Assembly: GCF_001194135.2 (NCBI RefSeq)
Contig: NC_068997.1
Span: 19,615,037 to 19,679,036 of the forward strand
DNA: 64,000 nucleotides
Direction of reading: 5' to 3'
DNA from: Octopus bimaculoides
Lineage: Eukaryota
Shown here: positions 1 through 12,663 of the stretch, in pieces
Numbering within the stretch: position 1 is the stretch's first letter
Layout: each line of letters starts with the position of its first letter
Notes under the pieces: model-generated
Told to the model about the DNA's origin: nothing
What the model saw: the letters and a program-made list of their open reading frames with translations, nothing else
Database searches by the model: none
Position numbers and translations under genes: made by a program

Positions 1-299
1 TCCTTGATGTTTTGCTCCAGAAATCACAACTAGTAGTAATTCTAATGAAAAGGAGACGGCGAGTTCTTCACTGCACAAGAAATGTTAGAGTGCCGTTTCT
101 TAAATTTCACAGCATTTTTATTCTTCGTTCCAAGTTCGCATCCTGTGCTTATTAGAGAGGATTTTGGATATAATATGTAACAGGGAACCTGTCATTAGTA
201 AAAAAAACAACAAAAAACCCCACAAATTAAAAACAAAATTATATAACAAACGGTATCTACAGTTGTGTGTGTAACTGACTTTTCTAATACAAATATCTA

Positions 300-790
300 T
301 GACAATATCCTCCAGCAGTCAGTAAGTGAGTTTTGTTTGTACTCGAGGATACTGTTAATATTTTTACGTTCGGCTTGGCTCTCTTCACGTCGGTGTACCT
401 ATCTATCAGCCTACCAGTCTGCTTTCTCGGGTTGTCAAATAATTACCAGGCCTATACTGGAATAATCGATATTCGACAGTGTCCCACCTTCCTCCTTTAC
501 AAATTTATGGCCTGTGCCAGTGCAAGAAATCGTAGTGCGGTGGGTCGTCGGGTAGATGACAAAATCGGTTGCTCGTTGGACTGAATGTTCTGCAGTATTT
601 TGTTTGTTTCTCTTTTTAACTTTCCGCGTTCAAATCGCGTCCACGTCCACTTCAGTTTTTATCATTACTGGGTCGATATAAAATATGCAAGTACCAGTCA
701 AGTTCTAGTGTTGATATATAGTCGACTGTTTCCTCTTCCAAAAATATCTAGCTTTATGCGTGGGTGGTTTGCCCTAATTTGTGTATAGTT
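300..790. promoter_or_regulatory. CpG-rich segment, candidate promoter/first exon; consensus + strand donor after 321
   Basis: I count 22 CpG in 301-780 versus 0 in the same-length unique stretch 33001-33480. No recognisable repeat; TCA|GTAAGT at 319-327. Confidence 0.45.
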
Positions 791-1180
791 AAGAAGTTCG
801 CCTCAGAAGCTTATGGTTTCGAGTTCATTCTTCTGTGTGGAACTTTGGACTAATGTCATCTACTATGGTCCAGGCCAACCAATGCCTTGTCGGCGAAGGT
901 AGAGAATACCCTAACCCTAAACGCTGAAAACGGGTGGTGTGCATATTCTTTACCCTTCGCCGCTTTGGGAGTCAGCTACATAGGGAATATTATATGTGTG
1001 TGTGTGTATCTTCTATCTTTTACCAACTGATGTTGGTGTGTTTATGTCCCCGACAAAAGAGACTGATAGAATAAGTACTAGGCTCGCAAAGAATAAGTCC
1101 TGGGGTTGATTTGTTCGACTAAAGGTCGTACTCTAGCATGGCCAGTCAAATGACTGAAATGTGTAAAAGAGTAAAAGAGG
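782..1180 (+). mobile_element. tRNA-derived CORE-like SINE (decayed) with a ~95-bp foreign insert at ~899-992
   Basis: Head (tagttaagaag...gagttc), core and 3' half (gaataagtcctgggg...caaatgactgaaa) match the copies at 13950 and 17076. Confidence 0.65.
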
Positions 1181-1188
1181 AATATATC

Positions 1189-1720
1189 ATCGTCATCATC
1201 ATCAACGTCGTTTAACGTCCGCTTTCCATGCTGGCATGGGTTGGACAGTTTGACTGAGGACTGGCGAGCTAGAAGGCTGCACCAGGCTCCAGTCTGATCT
1301 GGCAAAGTTTCTACAGCTGGATGCCCTTCCTAACGCCAACCACTCTGAGAGTGTAGTGGTTGCTTTTACGTGTCACCAGCATGAGGGCCAGTCAGGTGGT
1401 ACTGGCAATGACCATGCTCAAAAGGTGTTTTTTATGTGCCACCTGCATGGGAGCCAGTCCTGTGGCACTGGCAACGACCATGCTGAAATGTTGTTTTTCA
1501 CGTGCCACTGGCACATGTGCCGGTAGGGCAATGCTGGCAATAATCACGCTCGAATGGTGCTTGTTTTTCTTATGTGCTACTGGCATGGGAACCATTCAGC
1601 GGCCCTGGCAACGCTCACTCTCGGATGGTGCTTTTAACGTTCCACTGGCACGAGTGCCAATCAGGTGGTTCTGTCATTGGCCTCGTCAGCGATATCATTG
1701 TCGTTGTCATGATCGTTTCA
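1189..1720 (-). mobile_element. Non-autonomous RTE-tailed element with (ATG)n tail and about five internal ~65-bp subrepeats
   Basis: (catcat)n-cgtttaacgtccgctttccatgc end shared with copies at 4447, 11835, 22561 and 57211. Degenerate units 'ttttacgtgccac...ggcaacgaccatgctcgaatggtg' at ~1366-1690. Confidence 0.75.
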
Positions 1721-2017
1721 CACATCCTAGAAACTTTTCTGTTAAAATTTTTTGTATGCATGAATATGCACTGGTGGGAATTACACAAAGGTATGTGTGT
1801 GTGTGTAAGAGTTCTTATGTCTATTAAAAGTAACATTGTACATATGACACATTTTTACGCCTGAATGGTACCTGGTAAGATTAATAAAATATTATTTAGG
1901 TGCATTTGTTGTGTTGGTATTTATAGTAGTGTTTTCTACTGAAACGTTTTATAGTTATTCAAACCTGACAAAGAACCACTGATCTATTTCTTTCCTGTCG
2001 GGGGTGAACTGTCGTGA

Positions 2018-2120
2018 AGGTGTGTGGCTTAGTGGTTAGGGTATTCAGCATACAATTGTAAGGTCGTGAATTCAATTCCCGGCAACATGTTGTGTCCTTG
2101 AGCAAGACACTTTATTTCTC
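2018..2120 (+). mobile_element. 5' part of a tRNA-derived SINE
   Basis: A-box-like tggcttagtgg, B-box-like gaattcaattccc, then tgtgtccttgagcaagacacttt; recurs at 45467 and 53400. Confidence 0.65.
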
Positions 2121-3323
2121 AACTCTCAAAATTACTGGCTTTGTGCCAAAATAACAAAGAATTATTAAATTGGTGCTTAAGACAGTACCCTGGCAGAATT
2201 GTTAGCATCTTTGTGTTCTGAGTTCAAATCTTACCAAGGCCAACTTTTCTTTTCATCCTTTTTGTGGGGTGGTATTAAAAGTAAACACTGAGGTTGGTGT
2301 AATTGACTTGACCTCTACTCTCAAAAATGCTGACCTTGTGCTCAAATTAGAAAGAATTATCAAATTGATGTTTGCAACATTTAAAACATAAATTAAAAAA
2401 GATTCTTCCATAAAATTACCTTGTATGGTTTTAATTGAAAACAATCGCTTTAAAACAGATAGTTGTTCTGTGAAAGAACCAGAAGCAGGTTGTTATCAAA
2501 AGGGTTAATACAATATTTGCTACAGACAAGAAAAAGCTACTTTAAGTGAGTAGCTGGTGATAAAACTAGCAATTATTGAAATGAGATGGAATATTTTGAA
2601 AGAAATTATAATTAAGATTTAGGAGGGAACTTCTCTGAAGCATGAATTTTTTTTTTTTTATATATTTTTATGCTTGGAGGTAACATGTTTCTGAGTTTGT
2701 TTGAGCACAACTTTTGCCCATTACTGATATTTTAGTTGTGTCTGTGAGAATAATGTAAGATTTTTTTTTTTTACAGTTAAGGAAAAAAAAAAAAGAACTC
2801 CTAAAAACAAAAAATACNNNNNNNNNNAAACTGTAAATTTTAATCTACTACTCTTGTATGCATACATACATACATACATACATACATACGTCGTCGTCGT
2901 CGTCGTCGTCATCGTCATCATCATCAATATCCTTCATTATCATCATCATCATCGTCGTTTTAACTTCTACTTTTCCTTGCTTGTAGTAGATTTTTCTATG
3001 ACCAACCAGGTGCCCTTCCTGTTATCAACCTTCACCTGTTTCCAAGCAAAGAAACATTTCCCCATGGCTGGATATATTTTCATGGAAGACTAAAAAAGTA
3101 AAGTTACCTTCTCGAGTCATACTGACTCATAAGGGCTGGTTTCCCAGTTTTATGGTGTATATATTCTCCACCTGGATGGGACGCCGGCCCATCATAGGGT
3201 TGCACATTTTTGCCAGCTGAGTGGACTGGAGTAACGTGAAATAAAGTGTTTTGCTCAAGAACACATGTTCTTCCCAAGTGTTCCTTCACCTGTCTTTGTC
3301 TTTTGTTTTCTGTAAATTTGAAC

Positions 3324-3358
<35 letters not shown>

Positions 3359-3657
3359 TGGCTATAGAAAGGGTATTGGCATTAGAATAGGCATGCCAAA
3401 TCAGACTGGAGTCTGATGCAACCCTTCAGCTTACCAACCCCGGACAAAGTGTTCAACCCATGCCAGCATGGACAACAGATGTTAAATGATGATAATGACG
3501 ATGATGATGATGAGGAGGAGGATGATGATGGTATATATGTATATATATATATCTATGAATTATATTTAGTTCAAGTACTGATGGAGTGAAGTATCAGATT
3601 AAGAAATCTACAGCATGCATTAAGTACTTTGTTCGTAAATCCAAATGTGATATGTAC

Positions 3658-3689
<32 letters not shown>

Positions 3690-4243
3690 CACATACGCAC
3701 ACACACACACACACACACACATTCCTTTTAAACTTTACTTCTTCATTTCTAGCACCGGTTGGATGAATTACTTATTGCATGTTTGGCTATGTTTTAAAGA
3801 ATTGATTAGCTTGGTGGCTGATTTGTTTGGTGCATTTCCTAACCAACATGCATGATCAGTGATGTGAAAGCTGTTAGTTAAATTAAGCTGGCTTATGTGT
3901 TTTGACAAGGGGTTAGAATACAGCAGTAAATGGTAACGTATGAATCAGTGAACCTTGTGTGGTAAACTCTACAACTTTCGCTCTCTCGCTTTTTTTTCAT
4001 CTGCTCACATTTGTATATTCTTATATCTTTATCATAATACAAACTCAATTCACTTATGTAAGCTTTCTTCTCTCTTTCTTGCTTCTGTTGTGTTTGTAGT
4101 AGCAGTGACAATAACAGCAGTAATTGTTATTGTTTAGGCTCCACATCAAGGATCATAGTTATTCCAGCCTTGACTAGCCCATCTTTTTCTCAGGAATTGT
4201 GTACACTGATTTTCATTTATTTATTTATTTATTTATTTATCTC

Positions 4244-4683
4244 ATAAGGGCTGGGACTCACATTGTTGGAAAGCAATGGCACATGAGTGACCGAAAGTAC
4301 AACAATAGCCCTTCTCCTGAATGAGATGCCAGTTCATCATAGGGTTAACTTCCCAGTTAAGTCTAGAACTCATCTTTGACTGAGTGAACTGGGGCAACTT
4401 GAAATGAAATGTTTTGCTTAATAAAACAATACACTACACTACTACTACACTCTCTGAGTGGTTGGCGTTAGGAAGGGCATCCAGCTGTAGAAACTCTGCC
4501 AAATTTAGATTGGAGCCTGGTGTTGCCATCCGGTTTCACCAGTCCTCAGTCAAGTCGTCCAACCCATGCTAGCATGGAAAGCGGACGTTAAACGATGATG
4601 ATGATGATGATGACTACCCGGTCTGGGAGTTAAAACCATGATCTTATGATTGGGGTGGAACACCCTGACCGCTGGGCCACACA
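4244..4683 (-). mobile_element. Old SINE interrupted by a younger RTE-tailed element
   Basis: SINE body (gactgagtgaactggggcaac...gaaatgttttgct) resumes after 4612 as actacccggtctggg...cccctgaccgctgggccac. Confidence 0.6.
4447..4612 (+). mobile_element. Young RTE-tailed short element, 5'-truncated
   Basis: CpG-intact, ends agcggacgttaaac(gat)n; close reverse complement of 22561-22740. Confidence 0.8.
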
Positions 4684-4716
4684 TTGAATTACACTATCTA
4701 ATGTGTCTCTATATTT

Positions 4717-5268
4717 TTAACCCTTTCATTACCATATTTCTGTTGAAATCCTCTACCTTTGTTTCAATTTCTTTTTTAAATAATGAGGAATTTAGTAAAA
4801 TAACTCATTATTAAGTTGGTGTTTAATGTGATGAGCTGGCAGAATTGTTACTGCGCTGGAGAAAATGCTTAGTGGCATTTTGTCTGCCTTTACATTGTGA
4901 GTTCAAATGCTGCTGAGGTCGACTTTGCCTTTCATCCTTTTGAGTTCAATAAAATAAGTACCAGTTGAACACTGGGGTTGATGTAATCGATTGAACCCCC
5001 TCTTCTGAAATTGCTGGTCTTGTGCCAAAATTTGAAACCATTAATAAGTTGATGTTTGGAACAAATTAACATAAAATTTTGATTGAAAATTTTAATTTAA
5101 GCCACTTTAATGCTCTTGTTACCATATTTCTTTTGAAATGCATCACCTTTGTTTTAGTTCCTTTTTAAAGAAATGAATAATTTGGTAAAATAAGTTTCTC
5201 ATTAATAAAGTTGATGTTTGGAACAAATTAACAGGAAATGTTAATGGAAGCCTTTAACTTAGATAACT
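4717..5268 (+). mobile_element. piggyBac-like MITE segments with a nested Meta-domain-like SINE (~4830-5045)
   Basis: Starts TTAA-CCCTTT at 4717. The nested SINE (gtcgactttgcctttcatcctttt...aataagtaccag) is flanked by the imperfect direct repeat catta(t/a)taagttg(g/a)tgttt. Confidence 0.55.
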
Positions 5269-5492
5269 TTAACCCTTTAGCATTCAGATTACTTTGTCAA
5301 ATGTAATGCTTATTTATTCACAATGTTTCAAATTAATCATGCTTTATCTTGTGGCTTTGAGATTTCAATGATGTAATTGTATATTTTATGACATTGTAAG
5401 ATAGGTGTGAGATGCTGGATCTGGCTAGGTTAAACATATAACAAATAGAATATTAGAGCTGGATGTGGCTGTTTTAAATGCCAGAAGGTTAA
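5269..5492. mobile_element. TTAA-flanked piggyBac-like MITE
   Basis: TTAA at 5269-5272 and 5489-5492; imperfect TIRs ccctttagcatt / aatgccagaagg. Related copies at ~8690-9180, 38365-38520, 48630-48812 and 62396-62633. Confidence 0.7.
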
Positions 5493-6469
5493 AGCAGAAA
5501 TATTGTGTGTTAGAATCATGAGCAGTTTCAAGCAGGTTGGTACCAAAAGACTTAAAGAATTAAAGTTGGGTGTGGTTTTTGAGTGACTTTGGTTACTTTT
5601 TCCATAGTGCTTTCTCTGTGATTTGCTCATGATAAGATATGAATCATTGAAATTTGTGTTACAAGTCTATGACTCTTCTTTTATATTTTTTTTTATTCAT
5701 TTGCATACATTTAATAACTTTTTTTTGTTTGTTTGCTTTTTTTTTTTTTTTCATTACAAGCTCATTCACTCATCTTTGTCCATTCTGCTGCTTTAACAGC
5801 GGCAACAGCAGCAGCAGTATTTGAGTCTGAAGCAGCCAATAGCATTCATTATATTAAATATTATACTTCAGATTTATCACCTGATCTGAAAAATTTTTTC
5901 TCTGCTGTGGTTTTTGTATCTTTTACCTTTTACTTGTTTCAGTTATTAGACTACAACCATACTGGAGCACTGGGTTGAAGAATTTTTAGTCAAATGAATG
6001 AATAGCTCCCAGTACTTATAATTTTTTTATTGTTCAACCTGGTACCTATTCTATTGGTCGCTTTTGCCGAACTGCTTATTTATTTTACTGATCCTGAAAG
6101 GATGAAAAGCAAAGACAACCTTAGTGGAATTTGAACTCAGATTGTAAAGATATACGAAATGCCGCTAAGCATTTTGGCTAAACAAAGATACTTTCCTTCA
6201 TGACTTTGGTCCGAGATTCAAACTCACAATCTCATGATCAACGCTCTAACCACTGAGCCATGTGCCTCCACTGTTTATATTATATATATATATATAATAT
6301 AATACAAATAATCTCCCCACCGTCACTGCTTGACAATTGGTGTTGTTGTGTTTATGTCCCTGTAACCTAGTGGTTCGGCAAAAGAGACTGATTGCATAAG
6401 TACTAGGCTTAAACTCTTCAAGGCAGTGCTTCAGCATGACTATAGTCAAGTGACTGAAACGAATAAAGG

Positions 6470-8420
6470 AATTAATTTATATTCCAATTACCAGCTTAAT
6501 GATACTAGTTATTTTATTAGATACTTCATTATTTTCAAAATTGATTGAAACAAGAGCAGTATATTTCTGTGTAAATATTGTAACAAACGGGTTATTTCCC
6601 AGGTCAATATTGATATCAATTTAAAAACCTCATTTCTTCCGATGTAAAAGCTTGTAAATTTTGTGTCTACTCAAAAATAAATCAGAATTTTAATCTTTTT
6701 GATTCTAAACTGTCTGAGACTGCTTTTGGTTTTACGGTAGAGACTTCCTGTTTTAAACTACATGCATCAGTTGTTAGCTTTCGGGAGACTACATCCTTCA
6801 AAACAAACATGCTTCCTAAAATTCACCAACTGTACACCGGATGTCCCCCACCCCCATTTTTTTTCTTTTCCTTTTTTTTTATAATTTATTCACTATTCAC
6901 TTCCCATGCATATTCTATGTACTGTACGTGTGGTTTTGGTTACTTTTTCCCATGAGTTGTCATGCACCTGAGCACTGTATAGAATAAGTTCATTACTATT
7001 ATTACTAGCTGGCTCCATGCCATCAAAAGTGACAGCTAATTGTAGTATTTTATATATAAATAAGGTACAAAATAAGGTACATAATAATCACACATACAAA
7101 CGTCCACATACTTCCCTTGTACATGCACACACATATACTCACAGAGAGTTGAAACACTGTTTGATTCTCCTTTTCAGCATTGAATGTTCACCATCCCACT
7201 TCCATTGCACACACACACAAACATTCATATGACTCCCTTTTTAGATACATACACAAATACTCACGCAGAGTTGAAACACTGTTTGATTTTTTTTTCACTG
7301 TAGAACTTCCATCATCCCACTACCAAGTTTGCCATCACCCCTTCCTTCCTTATTCTTCTATCACCCCTTCCTTTCTCATTCATATGTTATGATGGAGAAA
7401 AACACAAGGATATTATTATAGTAGATTTTTTTTAAATGTTCCATCAAAGTTTCGCATTAATCTATATTCCAATCACTGGCTTAATAATGGTAGTTATTTT
7501 AGTAAATACTTCATTATTTTCCAATTTAATTGGACCCCCCCCCCCTCAAAAAAGATTGCAGTTTATTTTGATGTGAATGCTGTAACAAAACGGTTAATAT
7601 TTTCAGGGTCAATATTGATATCAATTTAAACACACATGCTCCATCTGATATAAAAACATACAAATTTTGTATCTACTCAAAATAAATCAGAATTTTAACC
7701 TTTTTTATACTAAACTGCCTGAGGCTACTTTTGGTTTTATGGTTCAGATTCCCTGTATCAAAGTGATCCAAATTAAAACCTTCTATCAAAATTTCAAATT
7801 AATTTATATTCCAATCAGTAGCTTTTTTAATAAATTCTTCATTATTTTCAAAATTAATTGAAACAAAAAACATATTTTAACATGAATACCGTAACAAAAG
7901 GGTTACTATTTCCAGAGTCAATATTGTTGTTGTTGTTGGCACTCCGTCGCTTACAACATCGAGGGTTCCAGTTGATCCGATCAACGGAACAGCCTGCTCG
8001 TGAAATTAACGTGCCAGTGGCTGAGCATTCCACAGACATGTGTACCCTTCACGTAGTTCTCGGGGATATTCAGCGTGACACAGTGTGACAAGGCTGACCC
8101 TTTGAATTACAGGTACAACAGAAACAGGAAGTTAGAGTGAGAGAAAGTTGTGGTGGAAGAGTACAGAAGGGTTCGCAACCATCCCCTGCCGGAGCCTCGT
8201 GGAGCTTTAGGTGTTTTCGCTCAATAAACACTCACAACGCCCGATCTGGGAATCGAAACCACGATCCTATGACCGCGAGTCCGCTGCCTTAACCACTGGG
8301 CCATTGCACCTCCACATTTCCAGAGTCAATTACCACCTGATATCAATTTCAATACTTATACTCCCTCTGCTGTAAAAACTGATCTTGTATCTACTCAAAA
8401 GAAATCATAATTTTAATCTA
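6470..8420. repeat. Three diverged local copies of a ~320-bp unit (MITE end plus flank)
   Basis: Units at ~6470-6775, ~7455-7795 and ~7797-8420 share ttcattattttc..aattgaaac, gtaacaaa..gggtta, gtcaatattgatatcaattt and tctactcaaaa..aaatcagaattttaa. Confidence 0.75.
7923..8315 (-). mobile_element. Full-length young tRNA-derived SINE with 15-bp TSD
   Basis: TSD atttccagagtcaat at 7908-7922 and 8316-8330. Head gtggaggtgcaatggcccagtggttaagg...ggtttcgattccc; (AAC)n tail. Older copy on + at ~53400-53700. Confidence 0.88.
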
Positions 8421-9619
8421 ATCAACCATGTCTTAATGAAGAGCTCAGAAAAGGAAGGGAAGTTGTCCTCAAGCTGGAGGCCTAGCATGAATGCTTGGAG
8501 TGGAGTAGGCACCACTGAAGAAGCTTAAAGGCCATGTGATAGTGTGAAACTAAGAAACTGGTTAAATCTACAACTGATCATCTAAACCATCTGATTGTTG
8601 AGCTTATGGACAGTTTCTCTCCATTGAATTTCTTTCATAAGGCTTTGGTTGACCTCAGTCTGCATCAAAGGACATAGTAGTGTTGTGTTAACCCTTTAGT
8701 ATCCATGTTATTCTGTCAAAAGTAATGCTTTTTCTTTATTCACATTGCTTTGAATTAATCATGCATTATTTTGTGGCTGTGAGATTTTGATGAGGTAACT
8801 ATTCATTTTTTAAAATGATATTGTAGCATTCCGGTGGTGTAAAGCACCCGTGGTGGTGCCATGTAAAAGTGTCCTTGTAATATCATGTAAAAGTGCCCAT
8901 GCAGTACCACTTAAAAGCACACAGCACACTCTGTAAAGTGGATGGCATTAGGAAGGGCACACAACTGTAAAAACCATGCCAAATCAGACTGGAGTCTGGT
9001 GCATCCCCCCCCATCCCCCCCAGCTTGCCAGCTCTGGTCACACTGTCCAACCCATGCCATGGACAACGGACATTAAATGATGATGATGATGGTAGTGATG
9101 GTGTGAGAAGCCAAGTCTGGCCAGCTTGAACATAGAACAGGTAGAATATTTTGGTTGGTTTAAATTCTAAAGGGTTTCGGCATGGGTACACCAGGCAGTT
9201 GTCAGAGATCCAACGAGACTAGGGGCCGAATTTTGACCTATGTATGTTGTGGCTTGCCACATATAAATAAATACTTATAGGGCTCACCACTTTGAATTGC
9301 CTGGCAGGTCTATAATGCTTGATATGATGTCTCTGATACAAGACGTTCTATGTTAGGATTGAACCTGGAAGTATGTTTAGCTCCAGGTTAGACTTGATCA
9401 AGCAGACCTTTGATTGAAGGCATTTCAACCATGCAGTCATTTTTGTTTGCAAAACCAACTTCTTAACCACATAGCCACACTTGTGCCCAGTTTCTGTGAT
9501 GGCGAAAAATGGTAAATGGCAATATGTAGTCCTTCACCAATAATCATATGGATGTTGTATGTGAATCAACCAATGATTTTTTAAATTGCATGGTTTATCC
9601 TTGAATCGGATTGGAAAGG

Positions 9620-9975
9620 TTGCTGTTGTTATTACTGTTTTTGTTGTTGTTGTTGCTGCTGCTGCTGTTGTTGTTGTTGTTGTTGTTGTTGTTGAGTAGC
9701 CCCAATCAGCTTTGCTTAAGTAGTCTTATAATCATGGAAGTAGCTGACTGGAAATTCGTTGATCAGCAATTCTTGTTATGGCCATCTAACATCTGTATGT
9801 GCTTTTAGTCAGTAGAAGCAGGAGTTGGTGGTGGGTGGTGATGGTAGTGTTAGTGGTGGTGGTGGTGGTGTTGGCGGTGGCGGTGATGGTGGTAGTGGTG
9901 GCAGTGGTGATTGTAGTGGTGGTGGTGGTGGTGGTGGTCGTAGTTGTGGTAGTGGTGGTGGTGGTGATGATGGTG
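9620..9975. repeat. (GTT/GCT)n and (GTG/GTA)n trinucleotide microsatellites
   Basis: Directly visible; source of the poly-L, poly-V, poly-H and poly-P ORFs. Confidence 0.9.
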
Positions 9976-10364
9976 TTTTGTGTAGGTAAGAGTATGGGAA
10001 GGGATTACCTGGAGTGGGATGATATTCCACGTAAAATACTGAAGGTTATTAATTATTGGAGAGTGTATGTGCAGAAGTGAGTTCCAAAGACAAAGATCTA
10101 TAAAAAAAAAATGCAAAAAAAAAAACACAAGCCCAACGATGGTGTCTCTATGTGTTTGTTTAACTAGCTAGAAATAACAGCTAAATTTTCTTTAAATGAT
10201 ACCCTATTGTCTTCAAAATGGAGGAAAATGCCTGAAAAAGATCCTAAAAGAAAGTAGAACAAAACAAAAATAACTGGATGGTTGGAATGCCTTCAATCAA
10301 AGGTCTGCTTGATCAAATCTCACCTGGAGTTAAACAATCTCTAGTGATTTAGGAAATGGTTGAA

Positions 10365-10515
10365 CATCTCAATCATCATCATCATCATCATCATCTTTGT
10401 CTTCGGTAGCAGCAACAACATTGTTGTCGTTGTCATCATTGTCATCATCATCAGTGTCATCATCATCGTCATCATCATCATCATCATCGTCGTCATCGTC
10501 ATCATCATCATCATC
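10365..10515. repeat. (ATC/GTC)n microsatellite
   Basis: Directly visible; source of the poly-I and poly-M ORFs. Confidence 0.9.
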
Positions 10516-10891
10516 TTTCTTATATGCTGGCATGACTCAGATGGTTTGACAGGATCTGATGGATCAGAAGAACGGATCATGCTTCAAAGTTTGCTTTGGC
10601 ATAGTTTCTATGACTGGATACCCTTCTTAATGCCAACCACTTACGGAGTGGACTAACATAGTGAAGAATCTCAATTGTTTTCTTTAATTTTTATCTTTTA
10701 CCTGTTTCATTCATTCATTCACCTGTGGCAATGCTGGGGCACCAGCTTGAAAGATTTTGTTAAACTAATCAATCCCATGGCTTGTTTCTTTTTTAAAGCC
10801 TAACGTTTAGTCTTTCGGTCTCTTTTACCAAACCACTAAGTTTTAGGAACATAAACAAACCAACATTGGCTGTCAAGTGTTTGCAGTAGGG

Positions 10892-10927
<36 letters not shown>

Positions 10928-11414
10928 NNNNNNNNNNNNNNNNNNNNNNNNNNNNNNNNNNNNNNNNNNNNNNNNNNNNNNNNNNNNNNNNNNNNNNNNN
11001 NNNNNNNNNNNNNNNNNNNNNNNNNNNTATATATGTATATAATATATATGTATATTTACTGTATTACAAAATAACACCGAAACAAAACACTGCTAATGCA
11101 TCAAGAATTGATTATCTTCAGAGTACAAATATCAAGTGTACAACTAACATCTAGTATAACTAATCATCATCACCATTGTCATCATCATCATCATCATCAT
11201 CGTAATCATCATTTAATATTGATCTTTTATGCTGGCATGGGTTGGATGCTTTGACTGGCTCCAATGAGGCAGGGAAATATATCAAGCTCTTGTGTCTGTT
11301 AATATCCTAAAGTCTGTGAGTATCTGCTGAATGGCTAAAGAGTGTCTTGCCCTTCCTGGTGATTTATTATTGTCTTACAAAGCTTGTCTGAATCTTTTAT
11401 TCGTTTAAAAATGA

Positions 11415-11760
11415 AGAAACCAGGGCTGGCAGGGACATTATGAAGCAATTGAAGTGGGCTGCTGAGGTTTTGTGGGGCTTTCATTCTGCAAAGATCTGAC
11501 TGGGCTTGGGTGTTACTAGTGCAGCAAAGAGGAAGGCCATTAGTTTCATTTCTGAAGCTGCGGAGAAGGCCTTTAGGTGGTTCTGGACAAAAAAGGACAG
11601 CCCAGTGATTTGCTGTTATCGGGACGTAAGCTGGGATTTGATCAATCTTGGGCTGGATCAACTGGGTGAAGGGATCTGATATTGAAAGACCTAAGACTCC
11701 CCGTAACTTCAGAGACATCACTGATGATGTATGTCATAGCCTCTGTGAGATGTATTTTGG
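11415..11760 (+). mobile_element. Decayed 3' end of a Hero-like (RLE) non-LTR retrotransposon
   Basis: 11415-11498 reads RNQGWQGHYEAIEVGC*GFVGLSFCKDL; after a frameshift 11500-11604 reads LGLGVTSAAKRKAISFISEAAEKAFRWFWTKKDSP. This matches the EVGCRGF...EAAEKASRWLW C-terminus I recall for Hero elements; the stop is TGA at the Arg position. Confidence 0.78.
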
Positions 11761-11834
11761 AACTGAACTGAAGCTGCAAGTCAGTCTTCATTGACTGCAT
11801 CAATGATTGAAGATATTCTAGCTGTGGCCATCCT

Positions 11835-12060
11835 ATCATCATCATCTTCATCATTGTTTAACGTCCGCTTTCCATGCTAGCATGGGTTGGATGATTTGAC
11901 TGAGGACTGGTGAAACCAGATGGCTACACCAGGCTCCAATCTGATTTGACAGAGTTTCTACAGCTGGATGCCCTTCCTAACGCCAACCACTCAGAGAGTG
12001 TAGTGGGTGCTTTTATGTGCCACCGGCACGAAGGCCAGTCAGGCGGTACTGGGAATGGCC

Positions 12061-12062
<2 letters not shown>
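11835..12062 (-). mobile_element. Young RTE-tailed short element
   Basis: Near-identical to 22561-22763 and 4447-4612; ends against (TA)n. Confidence 0.8.
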
Positions 12063-12095
<33 letters not shown>

Positions 12096-12467
12096 AGTAT
12101 CCAATCATTTTTGAAAGCATATAGAGATATAGGGAAATATTATCTTAACAACCACTTTACAGAGTGTGCCATGCCTGATGCTTTGTGTTGTGGCACCAAC
12201 ACCAGCAGGGACACCAAGTAACTTTCAAGGCAAGACAAGGTTCCCTTGATTGGGAGGAATAGTATTGAGCAAGATGTCATTGTGCCAGTTGATGAGAGGT
12301 TAAAAGAATGATAGAGGGGATAGTGGTAGGTGTCTTTCTGTAGAAGAGATACAAGGATGTCCCAGTTGGAGAAGAAGGGAGAAGGAGAGAGAAGGAGACT
12401 TAGAGAGAAACATAGAGATGGTGAGCGTATTACATTCCTCATATAAATAAATATATATATATATATA

Positions 12468-12630
12468 GGTGCAGGAGTGGCTGTGTGGTAAGTCACTTGC
12501 TTACCAACCACATGGTTATAGCTTCAGTTCCACTGCGTGGCACGTTAGGCAAGTGTCTTCTGCTATAGCCTTGGGCCGACCAAAGCCTTGTGAGTGAATT
12601 TGATAGATGGAAACTGAAAGGAGCCTGTCG

Positions 12631-12663
<33 letters not shown>

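Noticed and set aside
1366-1690. Regularly spaced ~65-bp units as a CRISPR-like array
   Set aside because: Whole units are homologous with no unique spacers, inside a eukaryotic retroposon, no cas genes.
8240-8315. tRNA-like heads (also at 18610, 21480, 45467) as tRNA genes
   Set aside because: A/B boxes but no complete cloverleaf; continuous with SINE bodies.
8515-8552. CTGAAGA...GAAAC hammerhead-like spacing
   Set aside because: Stem II does not pair and there is no NUH with a stem III.
11335-11721. 128-aa - strand ORF as a host gene
   Set aside because: Antisense shadow of the Hero-like remnant.
12090-12430. Possible CR1-like RT fragment
   Set aside because: Shares motifs with the interior of RTE-tailed repeats at ~18925-19140 and ~36040-36300; no convincing RT motif.
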